Source: an uncultured Deinococcaceae bacterium (GTDB taxonomy: Bacteria; Deinococcota; Deinococci; Deinococcales; Deinococcaceae). Taken from it: 64,000 nt of DNA. This document shows positions 30,640-39,630 of this stretch, piece by piece (the first letter of the stretch is position 1; each line of letters starts with the position of its first letter). The stretch is from assembly GCA_964252075.1 (NCBI GenBank), contig CAXULY010000007.1:64001-128000 (forward strand). The letters run 5' to 3'. The notes under the pieces were generated by a model. That model had not been told where the DNA came from, did not search any database, and saw nothing but the letters and a program-made list of their open reading frames with translations. The position numbers and the translations under genes were made by a program.

Positions 30640-31853
30640 GTGACCAGGAAGGCAAGCCACGGGAGCGCGAGCGCGCCAATGGCCTTGGGAGTGTGCGTCA
30701 GCTGCCCAGTGGGAAGTGGCAGTGGTCCGTGACGGTCGGTCGGGACGCGGACGGGAAGCAGCGCCGCAAGACCGGGACAGAGAAGCACGAAACGGCAGCG
30801 AAGAAGGCCCTGGCTGCTGCCCTCGCAGAAGTGCAGCGCGGCGCCGTCGCCATCCCCGAAAAGCTGACCCTGGGTGAATGGCTCGACCGCTGGACGGAGC
30901 TCAAGAAGGCCGCGCTTTCTGAAAGCACGCGCAGCAACCACGAGGGGTTGATACGCCTGCACATCAAACCCGCGATCGGTCGTGTGCGCCTCCAGACCCT
31001 CACGCCACGCGACCTCGAAGGGTTCTACGCCGAGCTCGTTAAGAAGAAGCTGGGAACCTCGATGCAGCGCCAGGCACACAACGTTATCCATGCCGCGCTC
31101 AGGCACGCCATGAAGCTGGAACTGGTCATGCGGAACGTGGCCGACGTTGTGCGCCCCACGCCCACGCGCGCCACAGTGGAGGATCAGGCTTCAAAGGCCC
31201 TTACGGCAGCAGAGGCGGGCAAGCTCATTCCCGTACTCGAGGCTGACCGCTGGGGCGCCGTGTTCCTTTTCATGCTCTATACCGGCCTCCGCCGTGGCGA
31301 GGCGTGCGGACTGCGCTGGGCCAATGTGGACTTCGAGCGTGGCCTGATTCGCGTCCATGAAAATCTTGTGGCTCAGAACGGCAAGGCGAGCGTCACCACG
31401 CCAAAAACCGCCAAGAGCCGCCGCACAGTTCACTTGGCGCAAGAGGCGCTGTCGCTGCTCCGTCGGCAGCAGGAGACGCAGGACCTCGAGCGCCGCGCCC
31501 TATCCGAAGCCCGGACCTCCGGCAAGGAGCGGAAGCGCAGGTGGCAGAACACCGGCTACGTCTTTACAGCTCTGTCAGGGGTACGCCTCAATCCAGAGAA
31601 CCTGAAGCGCTCACTTGACCGGCTGTGTGAAGGAGCCGACATCCGGCACATTACGCCACACGCCTTCCGGCATACCTTCGCCTCACTCATGCTGGCGCGC
31701 GGCGTGCCCCTTGAGGTGGTGAGCGAGAAGCTGGGGCACAGCCGCCCGAGCTTCACCGCCGACGTTTACCGGACAGTCTACGAGGGCGAACACGAGGAAT
31801 GGACTGTTGACTTCTCTGAACTCCTTCGCCCCAGATCAAGAGCGCTCAACTAA
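30636..31853 (+). CDS. Tyrosine integrase
   Basis: TGLRRGEACGLRW, KT, HAFRHTFAS, LGHS, catalytic Y; N-terminal arm-binding region. Confidence 0.96.
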   Translation: MSDQEGKPRERERANGLGSVRQLPSGKWQWSVTVGRDADGKQRRKTGTEKHETAAKKALAAALAEVQRGAVAIPEKLTLGEWLDRWTELKKAALSESTRSNHEGLIRLHIKPAIGRVRLQTLTPRDLEGFYAELVKKKLGTSMQRQAHNVIHAALRHAMKLELVMRNVADVVRPTPTRATVEDQASKALTAAEAGKLIPVLEADRWGAVFLFMLYTGLRRGEACGLRWANVDFERGLIRVHENLVAQNGKASVTTPKTAKSRRTVHLAQEALSLLRRQQETQDLERRALSEARTSGKERKRRWQNTGYVFTALSGVRLNPENLKRSLDRLCEGADIRHITPHAFRHTFASLMLARGVPLEVVSEKLGHSRPSFTADVYRTVYEGEHEEWTVDFSELLRPRSRALN

Positions 31854-31862
31854 AATGGGCGG

Positions 31863-32219
31863 ATGGCGCGATACGTTCTAATGCAGAACTGGTCCACCGA
31901 CCTTGCCGGAACAACGACCGCCCAGGTTGAGGCAGCGATCCGAGCCACTGTGGCCACGTACGTCCCTGGCGTGGCGATCATGTCGGTCAAGCTCGAACAT
32001 GATCCCCAAAGTGACATATGGCTCAACAACCAACTGGGCGTACCCAACGAGTTCATGCATATCAATTCTCAAATCGAGGTAGAAAGCACGCTAAGCAGCG
32101 CTGACGTCCGTACTAGCTTCCGAGACGGGACAGAAAACGCGATGGCAACTCCTGGCAGTCCATTAAAGGAACTGAGATTAGTGCGCAACGTCAAGACCAC
32201 AATCCTCCCCAAGGAGTGA
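31863..32219 (+). CDS. Hypothetical cargo protein (118 aa)
   Basis: TAAAAT (built on int stop codon) 6 nt before ATG; lower GC. Confidence 0.65.
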   Translation: MARYVLMQNWSTDLAGTTTAQVEAAIRATVATYVPGVAIMSVKLEHDPQSDIWLNNQLGVPNEFMHINSQIEVESTLSSADVRTSFRDGTENAMATPGSPLKELRLVRNVKTTILPKE

Positions 32220-32224
32220 CTCAG

Positions 32225-32243
32225 TAGCGCACGCGTAGCGCAT
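32225..32243. repeat. Putative integrase arm-type sites (right)
   Basis: TAGCGCAcgcg TAGCGCAt, 11-bp period. Confidence 0.7.
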
Positions 32244-32274
32244 TAGGCCGAATTCTCTTCATTCGCATAAAGCA

Positions 32275-32299
32275 GAAAGCCGCGCCTAGCGCGGCTTTC
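32275..32299 (-). terminator. Element-supplied terminator after tRNA
   Basis: GAAAGCCGCGC-cta-GCGCGGCTTTC immediately 3' of tRNA. Confidence 0.7.
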
Positions 32300-32302
32300 A
32301 TC

Positions 32303-32377
<75 letters not shown>

Positions 32378-32443
32378 AGCGCGGTCAAGCTTAGCACCGG
32401 GCGCGGAAGCTTGTCCATCCAGTGTGCGTTTGGGTGCGGCGCT

Positions 32444-33625
32444 TCAGTGGGCGGGGAAGTGCAGGGTGAAGATCGCGCCGCCGTCCGGGGCGTTGGCGGC
32501 GTCCACTTGTCCGCCTTGCGCTTCGACGAGGGCGCGCACGATGGCGAGGCCGAGCCCGGAGCCCGCGCGTCCGTCCGGGTCGCGCTGCCGTGAGGCGTCG
32601 GCGCGGTAGAAGCGCTCGAAGGCGCGGGAGCGCGCTTCGTCGCTGAGGCCGGGGCCGTGGTCGCGCACCGCGAGCCGCACGGAGCTGGCGTCCTGCGCGC
32701 CGCGCAGTTCAATCACGCCGGGCGGGGTGTGGCGCAGGGCGTTGTCGATGAGCTGGTGGAGTACCTGCTGGAGGCGCGCGCGGTCGGCGTTCAGCCACAG
32801 GGGTTCGGTGTCCAGGCGCAGGTTCAGGGTGTGGCCGGTGGTGGTGACGCGCGCGGCGAAGGCGTCCGTCACCTGGCGGAGCAGGGCGGCGGCGTCCAGG
32901 CGTTCGGGGTGCAGGGAGAGCGCGCCGCCTTCCGCAAGGGTCAGGGTGCGCAGGTCGTCCACGAGGCGGGAGAGCAGCAGCACTTCGCCGTGCAGGCGCG
33001 CGAGTCCGGCGGCGTCCGGGGTGGTCACGCCGTCCTGCATGGCTTCCACTTCCGCGCGGAGCACGGCGAGGGGGGTGCGGAGGTCGTGCGCGACGTCCGC
33101 GACGAGCGCGCGCCGCCATGCCTCTTGGCGTTCCAAGCTGTCGAGGGACACGTTGAAGGCGAGGGTGAGGTCGCGCAGTTCGTCGTGGTGGCGGGGCACG
33201 GGGAGGCGCCAGCCGCGCTCGCCGCGTTCGAGGCGCCGCGCGCCGTCCACGAGGCGCCCGAGCGGGCGGGTGAGGCTGCGCGTGGCGGCGGCGGCGACGC
33301 CGACCGCGAGGAGCGCGGAGAGCAGCGCGGAGGAGAAGCCCGCGCGGGTGAGGACGCGGCGCGCCATGCGTGCTTCCTGAAGGTACGTGTCGCGCTGCGC
33401 GGGTGTGAGGCGCTGCCAGAAGTCGCGCGGGAAGCCCGGGCCGGGCGCCTGGGCGGTCGTGCCCACCTGCGGGGCGAGCAGCCCGGCGATGATCTGGAAG
33501 CCCGCGCCGGCCGTCACGAAGGACGTGAGGCCCACGGCGAGCACTGCGACGAGCGCGAAGAGGCGCGTGAGGCGCCCGCGCAGCCCCCAGGGGCGGCGGT
33601 GGGCCCAGCGGGGTGGGCGGGGCAC
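32444..33625 (-). CDS. Sensor histidine kinase (BaeS-like)
   Basis: Two TM, HAMP, VAHDLRTPL, N/G boxes (DNALRH, DHGPG, GSGLGL). Confidence 0.92.
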   Translation of the reverse strand: MPRPPRWAHRRPWGLRGRLTRLFALVAVLAVGLTSFVTAGAGFQIIAGLLAPQVGTTAQAPGPGFPRDFWQRLTPAQRDTYLQEARMARRVLTRAGFSSALLSALLAVGVAAAATRSLTRPLGRLVDGARRLERGERGWRLPVPRHHDELRDLTLAFNVSLDSLERQEAWRRALVADVAHDLRTPLAVLRAEVEAMQDGVTTPDAAGLARLHGEVLLLSRLVDDLRTLTLAEGGALSLHPERLDAAALLRQVTDAFAARVTTTGHTLNLRLDTEPLWLNADRARLQQVLHQLIDNALRHTPPGVIELRGAQDASSVRLAVRDHGPGLSDEARSRAFERFYRADASRQRDPDGRAGSGLGLAIVRALVEAQGGQVDAANAPDGGAIFTLHFPAH

Positions 33626-33626
33626 G

Positions 33627-34298
33627 TCAGGGGCGCAGGCGGTAGCCGACGCCGCGGACCGTTTCGAGGGCGGGGCCGCACGCGCCGAGTTTGCGCCGCA
33701 GGTTCTTGACGTGCGCGTCCACGGTGCGTTCGTCCGTGCCGCGGTCGAAGCCGCCGAGCGCGGCGAGCAGTTCGGCGCGGCTGCGGACGTGTCCGGCGTC
33801 GCGCGCAAGGGCGGACAGCAGGCGCAGCTCGAAGGCGGTGACGTCCAGCACCTCGCCCCTGCAGCGCACCTCGAAGGCCGCGAGGTCCACGCTGAGCGGC
33901 CCGACCTGCCACACCTCCGGCGCCGCGACGTGGCCCTGCGCGCGGCGCAGCACGGCCTTCACGCGCGCCACCACCTCGCGGGGACTGTAGGGCTTCACGA
34001 CGTAATCGTCCGCGCCGATGCCGAGGCCCAGCAACCGGTCGATCTCCTCGTCGCGGGCGGTCAGCATGATGATGGGCGTGGCCTCCTCGGCACGCACGCG
34101 GCGCGCGACCTCCAGGCCATCCAGGCCGGGCAGCATGAGGTCCAGGAGGATCAGCGCGGGGCGGGCCGCGCGCCACAGCTCCAGCCCGCGCGGGCCGGTT
34201 GCGGCGCGTTCGGTGTGGTAGCCTTCGCGCCGCAGGTAGCCTTCGAGGATGTCCGCCAGTCGCGCTTCGTCCTCCACGATGAGGATGGTTTCCGCCAT
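33627..34298 (-). CDS. OmpR-family response regulator
   Basis: IVEDE, LDLMLP, KPYSP, RTVDAHVKNLRRKL, VRGVGY. Confidence 0.95.
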   Translation of the reverse strand: MAETILIVEDEARLADILEGYLRREGYHTERAATGPRGLELWRAARPALILLDLMLPGLDGLEVARRVRAEEATPIIMLTARDEEIDRLLGLGIGADDYVVKPYSPREVVARVKAVLRRAQGHVAAPEVWQVGPLSVDLAAFEVRCRGEVLDVTAFELRLLSALARDAGHVRSRAELLAALGGFDRGTDERTVDAHVKNLRRKLGACGPALETVRGVGYRLRP

Positions 34299-34315
34299 GA
34301 GGTGATGGTAGGGCT

Positions 34316-34741
34316 TCAGGCGCCCGCACTGTCCGGGGCAGAGCCCGTGAGGCCCCGGCGGATGGTGTCGAATTCCTCGGCGGTGAGTTCACCGCGCGCG
34401 AAGCGCTCGCGGGCGATCTGCATGGCGCTGTCCTCCGGGCCGCCGAACGGCCAGCGGGGCCGGAAGGATGGCTCCGCGGTTCCCTGGGTCTCCGGGCGGG
34501 CGGCGGCCCAGCGTGGGCCACCCCAGCCGCGCCGGAAGGCCGCGCGGCGCAGCGCGAACCGCACGAGCAGCACCGCGCCAACAATGAACAGGATGCCCAG
34601 GAAGGGGCTGCCGCCGCCATGCGACCAGTGCGGTCCGTACCCGGCGTACCCGCCGGAGGGGTAGACCGGGCCGTAACCCGGCGTGAAGCCCTGGGCGGGA
34701 AGGGTGGCGGTGGGGGCGGGGTTGTTGATGATGACGTCCAT
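34316..34741 (-). CDS. SHOCT-domain membrane protein
   Basis: One TM; AMQIARERFARGELTAEEF; AAGGAGG RBS. Confidence 0.85.
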   Translation of the reverse strand: MDVIINNPAPTATLPAQGFTPGYGPVYPSGGYAGYGPHWSHGGGSPFLGILFIVGAVLLVRFALRRAAFRRGWGGPRWAAARPETQGTAEPSFRPRWPFGGPEDSAMQIARERFARGELTAEEFDTIRRGLTGSAPDSAGA

Positions 34742-34802
34742 GTGTGGGTCCTCCTTGGCGGGGCGCCTTGGCGTCCCGACGACTGCAAGGTAGGTCCGCC
34801 CC

Positions 34803-34842
34803 CGTGAAGCGCGCGGGCGCACCGTGTGAACGCGTTGTGAAC
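34803..34842 (-). promoter_or_regulatory. OmpR-type direct-repeat binding site
   Basis: GTTCACA-n4-GTTCACA (11-bp period) plus a third phased copy, upstream of TACCTT -10. Confidence 0.6.
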
Positions 34843-34984
34843 AGCGGGCCGCATGATTCCGAATTGAGCGCGGGCATACCTTGCTCTCACACCATTCGGA
34901 GGAAGCGCTCATGTAACATGGCGGCGCTCAAGCTCAGCACCGCGCTCTGATCGTGGTCCCTGCAGCACCAGAGGAGGTTCTGTC

Positions 34985-35110
34985 ATGTCGACGTCGCCGC
35001 AGATGATCGCGCTCACCGTCTGGATTGGTTTCAACCTCACGCTGGTCCTCGTGCTGATGCTGCTCAGCGCCTTCCGGCAGACGCCGCCCCTGACCGACCA
35101 GGACCAGTAA
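34985..35110 (+). CDS. 41-aa single-TM small protein
   Basis: GAGGAGG RBS; MSTSPQMIALTVWIGFNLTLVLVLMLLSAFRQTPPLTDQDQ. Confidence 0.65.
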   Translation: MSTSPQMIALTVWIGFNLTLVLVLMLLSAFRQTPPLTDQDQ

Positions 35111-35205
35111 CGCGGCCCACACGGGCGACCCACTCGCCAGATGGCTTAACCCCCCTTGAGCGACCAGGCCGATGTTCTCATGACGTTGCGGCGCCATACT
35201 TGGTC

Positions 35206-35349
35206 GTCGCTGCGCGCTGCGCACCGCGAACGAACGGAGGGAGACGCCCACCTCCATCAACAAAACGGGCGCACGAGCGGGCCGCGAGTCGGCGCCCGAC
35301 TGGTTCGAGTCCAGTCACCCGCACCCCACGGGGAGCCTCCGGGCTCCCC
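35206..35349 (+). ncRNA. Candidate structured ncRNA with pseudoknot and tRNA-like 3' end
   Basis: CATACT upstream; GGAGG/CCTCC + CGCCC/GGGCG pseudoknot; T-arm GACTGG-TTCGAGT-CCAGTC; following hairpin. Confidence 0.5.
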
Positions 35350-35403
35350 CCTCCTGGTTTTGGGGTGTGGCGTTCCGGCGCGCGCTGCGGCACAGTAGAC
35401 AGC

Positions 35404-36375
35404 ATGCTGTTCGACCTGCCCCTCACCGAGCTGCAGCGCTACTACCCGGAGCGCCGCGAACCCGAAGACTTCGACGCTTTCTGGCAGGACACGCTCACGG
35501 CCGCGCGCGCCTTCGACCTCGCGCCGCGCTTCGAGGCGACGCCCACGCCGCTGCGCACCGTCAGCAGCTACGACGTGACCTTCGCGGGGTACGGCGGCGC
35601 GCCTGTGCGCGGCTGGCTGACCCTCCCCGCGGGTACCACGCAGCCCTTGCCGTGCGTGGTGGAGTTCATCGGGTACGGCGGGGGGCGCGGTTACCCCACC
35701 GACCACCTGCTGTACGCCTCGGCGGGCTACGCGCACCTCGTCATGGACACGCGCGGCCAGGGCACCGCGTGGCGCGTCGGGGACACCAGCGACCCGCAGG
35801 CGGACGGCGCGCCGCACCTGCCGGGCTTCATGACGCAGGGCGTGCGCGACCCGCGCGCGTACTACTACCGCCGCGTCTTCACGGACGCCGTCCGCGCCGT
35901 GGAGGCCGCGCGCGCGCACCCACTCATTGACCCCACGCGCGTCGCGGTGGCGGGCGGCAGCCAGGGCGGCGGCATCACGCTGGCCGTCGCGGGCCTGCAG
36001 CCGGACGTGACGCTCGCCCTGCCGGACGTGCCCTTCCTGTGCCACTTTGATCGCGCCGTGACGCTCACGGACAGCGCGCCGTACAGCGAGATCGCCGCGT
36101 ACTGCCGCATTCACCGCGACGAGGTGCCGCGCGTTTTCGAGACCCTGAATTACTTCGACGGCCTGCACTTCGCGGCGCGCGCGCGCGCCACGGCGTTGTT
36201 CTCGGTGGGCCTCATGGACCTCGTGTGCCCACCCAGCACCGTGTACGCCGCGTTCAATCACTACGCGGGCCAGAAGGACATCCGCGTGTACCCTTTCAAC
36301 GGCCACGAGGGCGGCGACGCCCGGCACAGCCTGGAGAAGCTGGCGTTCCTGAACGCGCACCTGCCCCTGGAGTGA
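35404..36375 (+). CDS. Acetylxylan esterase / cephalosporin-C deacetylase (CE7)
   Basis: PEDFDAFW, RGQ, GGSQGG, D..CPPST, HE motifs. Confidence 0.93.
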   Translation: MLFDLPLTELQRYYPERREPEDFDAFWQDTLTAARAFDLAPRFEATPTPLRTVSSYDVTFAGYGGAPVRGWLTLPAGTTQPLPCVVEFIGYGGGRGYPTDHLLYASAGYAHLVMDTRGQGTAWRVGDTSDPQADGAPHLPGFMTQGVRDPRAYYYRRVFTDAVRAVEAARAHPLIDPTRVAVAGGSQGGGITLAVAGLQPDVTLALPDVPFLCHFDRAVTLTDSAPYSEIAAYCRIHRDEVPRVFETLNYFDGLHFAARARATALFSVGLMDLVCPPSTVYAAFNHYAGQKDIRVYPFNGHEGGDARHSLEKLAFLNAHLPLE

Positions 36376-36391
36376 GGCCGCGCGCCGGGCG

Positions 36392-37021
36392 TCACCGGAA
36401 GAGCTGTTGCACCCCGCCGAGGTCGTCGAAGAGCCGGTCGGCCTCCTCGGGGTCAGGGTTTTGCCCGACGCGCACGAAGGCGCCCTTCACGCCCGCGCGG
36501 TGCGCGGCCTGCATGTCGTACACGGTGTCGCCCAGCATCCAGGCGTCCTGGGGTTGCGCCCCGACCTTCTCCAGCGCGACCTGAATGATGTCCGGGTGCG
36601 GTTTGCTGGCGTCCGCGTCGGCGCTGCTCACGCGGTCCGGCAGCAGGTCGTCCACGTGCGCGATCTTCAGGAGTTCCTCCGCGAGCTCCGGGTCGCCGCT
36701 GGTCGCCACGACGGTGCGCCAGCCGGCCTGCTGCGCGGCCTGCACCAGGTCGCGCGTGCCGGGGAAGGCCCGCACGCCCGGGAGTTCCTTGGTGAACTCG
36801 CGCTTCCAGGCGTCCGAGGCAGCCTTGAAGCGCGAGTCGTCCTGCTCGATGCCGGTTGCGGCGGGCAGGAGTTGATCGCCGCCCATGCCGATGAAGGGGC
36901 GGATGTGCTCGAAGGTGACCGTGACGCCCTGAGCGGCCAGGGCCCGTACCCAGGCGCGGGCGCCTGCGTCGTTGCTGTCCACCAAGGTGCCGTCTATGTC
37001 CAGAATGAGGGTGTCTGCCAT
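36392..37021 (-). CDS. HAD-family hydrolase
   Basis: DIDGTLVDS, SKPHPD, GDTVYD. Confidence 0.92.
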   Translation of the reverse strand: MADTLILDIDGTLVDSNDAGARAWVRALAAQGVTVTFEHIRPFIGMGGDQLLPAATGIEQDDSRFKAASDAWKREFTKELPGVRAFPGTRDLVQAAQQAGWRTVVATSGDPELAEELLKIAHVDDLLPDRVSSADADASKPHPDIIQVALEKVGAQPQDAWMLGDTVYDMQAAHRAGVKGAFVRVGQNPDPEEADRLFDDLGGVQQLFR

Positions 37022-37258
37022 GCCGGAGGCTACGCCGCGCCTGCGACGGGCGGGTGGGGTGGGCCCCAGCAAAAACTTACGTAGACCCAACCCAGCCTGA
37101 AGCTTGAACCGCACCAGCAGAGGGAAAGGCAGAAGGCAAATGAATTGAGGGATGCGTGAACCGGGATTCATGCTTCCCTCAGCGGGTGGTTCGGCTCCCA
37201 GCGAGGGACTTCACCCGAGTAAAGGCTGCCGCCTTGAGGTCGCCGGTAAGCTCCCATC

Positions 37259-37522
37259 ATGATGGACGAGGGATTCCATGATGGACAGGAAGCTCAGGAA
37301 GGCGTGAGCCCTGCGCCAACGGAAGCCATGCGGCGCGCGGCGCGCACGGCACTCGCCCGCGCGATCGTGCAGGGCGAGGATGGGGAGGGCAGCGTGCATA
37401 ACGACCTCCTGGCCCTGCAACATCGGTATGTGCGCGCCGCCCTGAACGCCGACCGCAGCGCCCTCATGGCGGTGCTGGAAGAAGCGCTCGCCTTCCTGAA
37501 TCGTGGACGCCTAACCGCCTGA
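37259..37522 (+). CDS. Hypothetical protein (87 aa)
   Basis: TAAGCT 6 nt before ATG; helical composition. Confidence 0.55.
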   Translation: MMDEGFHDGQEAQEGVSPAPTEAMRRAARTALARAIVQGEDGEGSVHNDLLALQHRYVRAALNADRSALMAVLEEALAFLNRGRLTA

Positions 37523-37821
37523 GGGCCGCGCACATCAGGCGCATCCATCACCCCGCCAGGGTGACTGCCCGTACTCCGCGTGACGGTGGTGAACGGCGGG
37601 CGGCTCTCCCGTGACCAGCATGTTCTATGGGCGCCTGGAATCACCGTACGGAACCGCTCAGGCGATCAAGGTACGGCGTGCATGACCTCCGCACATCTCA
37701 CGTCCGCGAGGGTGGGTGCGCGCCTCTCCGTGGGTGGTTCCCTAAGAGGCAGCGCCGTGAAAAGAGATGGGCTGGTCCTCAAGAGCGTCAGCGGAGTCCC
37801 CTCCCTACACCACTGAGCCCT

Positions 37822-38346
37822 TTAGTCCGCGGTTGGGCCGGAGAAGGGAATTGGCTCCAGCGCCTCCCAGGGGCCACCCAGGTACCGCCACGGACGCACG
37901 CCCTGAGCCTGCCCGCTGGTCAGGCTCCAGCCCACGGAGAGGCCCTCGAACAACGCCCGAGCCTCCTCGGGCGGCACCTTGTTCTGAATGGTGACGTGCG
38001 GGCGCCAGGGCTGCTGGTCCTGTCTGGTCAGCCACGGACGCCAGCGCTCCGCGAGTCGCGCGCGCAGCGCCAGCAGGGGCGGCGACCGGACCTCCACGGC
38101 GACGCCGCGCCCCAGGAAACGCAGGTGCGGGAAGCTGAGTGCGAGGGGTGGAATGTCACCGCATACGTCGGTGAGGTGCGCGCGCACCTCCGCCTCGCGC
38201 TCGCCGGGCAGGGCGTGGAAGAGCGTCACGTGCGCGGGAATGAAGTTGCGCGCGGACGGGAAGTGCGCGCGGCGCAGCGCGTCCAGCGCCGCGAAACTCG
38301 CGGGGTCGAGGTCCAGCGTGAGGATCAGCGGGGCCGGCTGGGTCAA
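37822..38346 (-). CDS. 2H phosphoesterase (2'-5' RNA ligase superfamily)
   Basis: Two HxT motifs (AHVTL, PHVTI); TTG start overlapping mqnC stop. Confidence 0.85.
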   Translation of the reverse strand: MTQPAPLILTLDLDPASFAALDALRRAHFPSARNFIPAHVTLFHALPGEREAEVRAHLTDVCGDIPPLALSFPHLRFLGRGVAVEVRSPPLLALRARLAERWRPWLTRQDQQPWRPHVTIQNKVPPEEARALFEGLSVGWSLTSGQAQGVRPWRYLGGPWEALEPIPFSGPTAD

Positions 38347-39509
38347 TCCGCGCCCGCCCCGACCGCGCGTGCTTCCTCCACGCGCGCGCCGAGCAGGGCC
38401 TCCACGTTCGGGTACTCGATGACCTGGAAGCGGCTGTTGCGGATGGCGGGCGTGAAGCCCGCGTCCGCCGCGATGCGCACCAGTTCGCGCACGGTGGCGT
38501 TGTGGCGGTCGTGCCCGCCCGCGGCGCTCACCACGTTCTCCTCCAGCATGGTGCTGCCCAGGTCGCTCGCGCCGTAGTACAGGGCGGCCTGCGCGACCTT
38601 GAAGCCCTGCGCGGGCCATGACGCCTGGATGTTCGGCTGGTTGTCCAGCGCGAGGCGCGCGATGGCGAGCTGCTGCAGGTACTCGTAGGCGGTTGCGCCG
38701 GGCGCCTTGCCGTGCAGGCGGGTGTGCTCGGTCTGCAGGGTCCACATGGCGAAGCCGGAGAAGGCGTTCCCGTAGTCGCGCAGCGCCTTGTCCTGCTGGT
38801 CGCGGATCTTCACGAGGTGGTTCGCGCGCTGCGCGTGCGTCTCCCCGAAGCCGATCACCATGGTGGAGATGGTGTACAGGCCCTTGCGCTGCGCGGCGTC
38901 CAGAATGCGGAACCAGTCCGCGCTGCGGATGCGGGCGGGCGCCGCTTTCGCGCGCACGTCGTCCTCCAGGATCTCGCCGCCCGCGCCGGGCAGACCGTCC
39001 AGACCTGCCTCAATGAGGGTGTCGAGGAGGTCATCGAGGCCCAGGCCGAACTTCTTCTCGAAGAACAGCACCTCCTCCGGGCTGAAGGCCTCAATGCGGA
39101 TGCTGGGGTGGTGCGCCTTGATGTGGCGCAGCAGGCCCGTGTAGTAGTCCAGGCCCAGCTCGGGGTTCACACCGCCCTGCATGAGGATGCGCGTGCCGCC
39201 CACCGCCTCCAGCTCCGTGATCTTCTGCGAGATGTGCGCGTAGTCCAGAGTGTACGCGTCCTTCTGGCGGCCCGTGCGGTAGAAGGCGCAGAAGTTGCAC
39301 CCCACATTGCAGACGTTGGTGTAGTTGATGTTCCGGTCGATCAGGAAGGTCACCACGCGCGGGTCGGTGCGGCGCAGGCGCAGTTCGTGCGCGGCGGCGG
39401 CCACGTCGGGCAGCGGGAGGTCGTACAGCGCCGTGATCTCCGCGTGCGTGAGGCGTTCGCCCGCCAGGGCCTTGTCGAGAATGCCTGTGTCTGGGGTGCC
39501 TGACGTCAT
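38343..39509 (-). CDS. mqnC: Cyclic dehypoxanthinyl futalosine synthase
   Basis: DRNINYTNVCNVGCNFCAF radical SAM motif, PGAGGEIL, GSTMLEENVV. Confidence 0.88.
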   Translation of the reverse strand: MTSGTPDTGILDKALAGERLTHAEITALYDLPLPDVAAAAHELRLRRTDPRVVTFLIDRNINYTNVCNVGCNFCAFYRTGRQKDAYTLDYAHISQKITELEAVGGTRILMQGGVNPELGLDYYTGLLRHIKAHHPSIRIEAFSPEEVLFFEKKFGLGLDDLLDTLIEAGLDGLPGAGGEILEDDVRAKAAPARIRSADWFRILDAAQRKGLYTISTMVIGFGETHAQRANHLVKIRDQQDKALRDYGNAFSGFAMWTLQTEHTRLHGKAPGATAYEYLQQLAIARLALDNQPNIQASWPAQGFKVAQAALYYGASDLGSTMLEENVVSAAGGHDRHNATVRELVRIAADAGFTPAIRNSRFQVIEYPNVEALLGARVEEARAVGAGAD

Positions 39510-39630
39510 GCCCCGAGCCTAGCACCGCCCCTCGCAGCAAATGGTCCCGGCGGCTACCGGGCGCGCGGAGGGACCTGAGCGCGCCCGCCATCTCGCTTCT
39601 GTGTAAGCAGGCGCTTCCCCCACTCGCCCT

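Noticed and set aside
35236..35272. Guanidine-III or preQ1 riboswitch
   Set aside because: Similar pseudoknot topology, but the conserved ligand-binding nucleotides are not evident and the downstream gene does not fit.
37670..37740. Integrase remnant (VHDLR-like) in intergenic DNA
   Set aside because: Match too short to distinguish from chance without a search.
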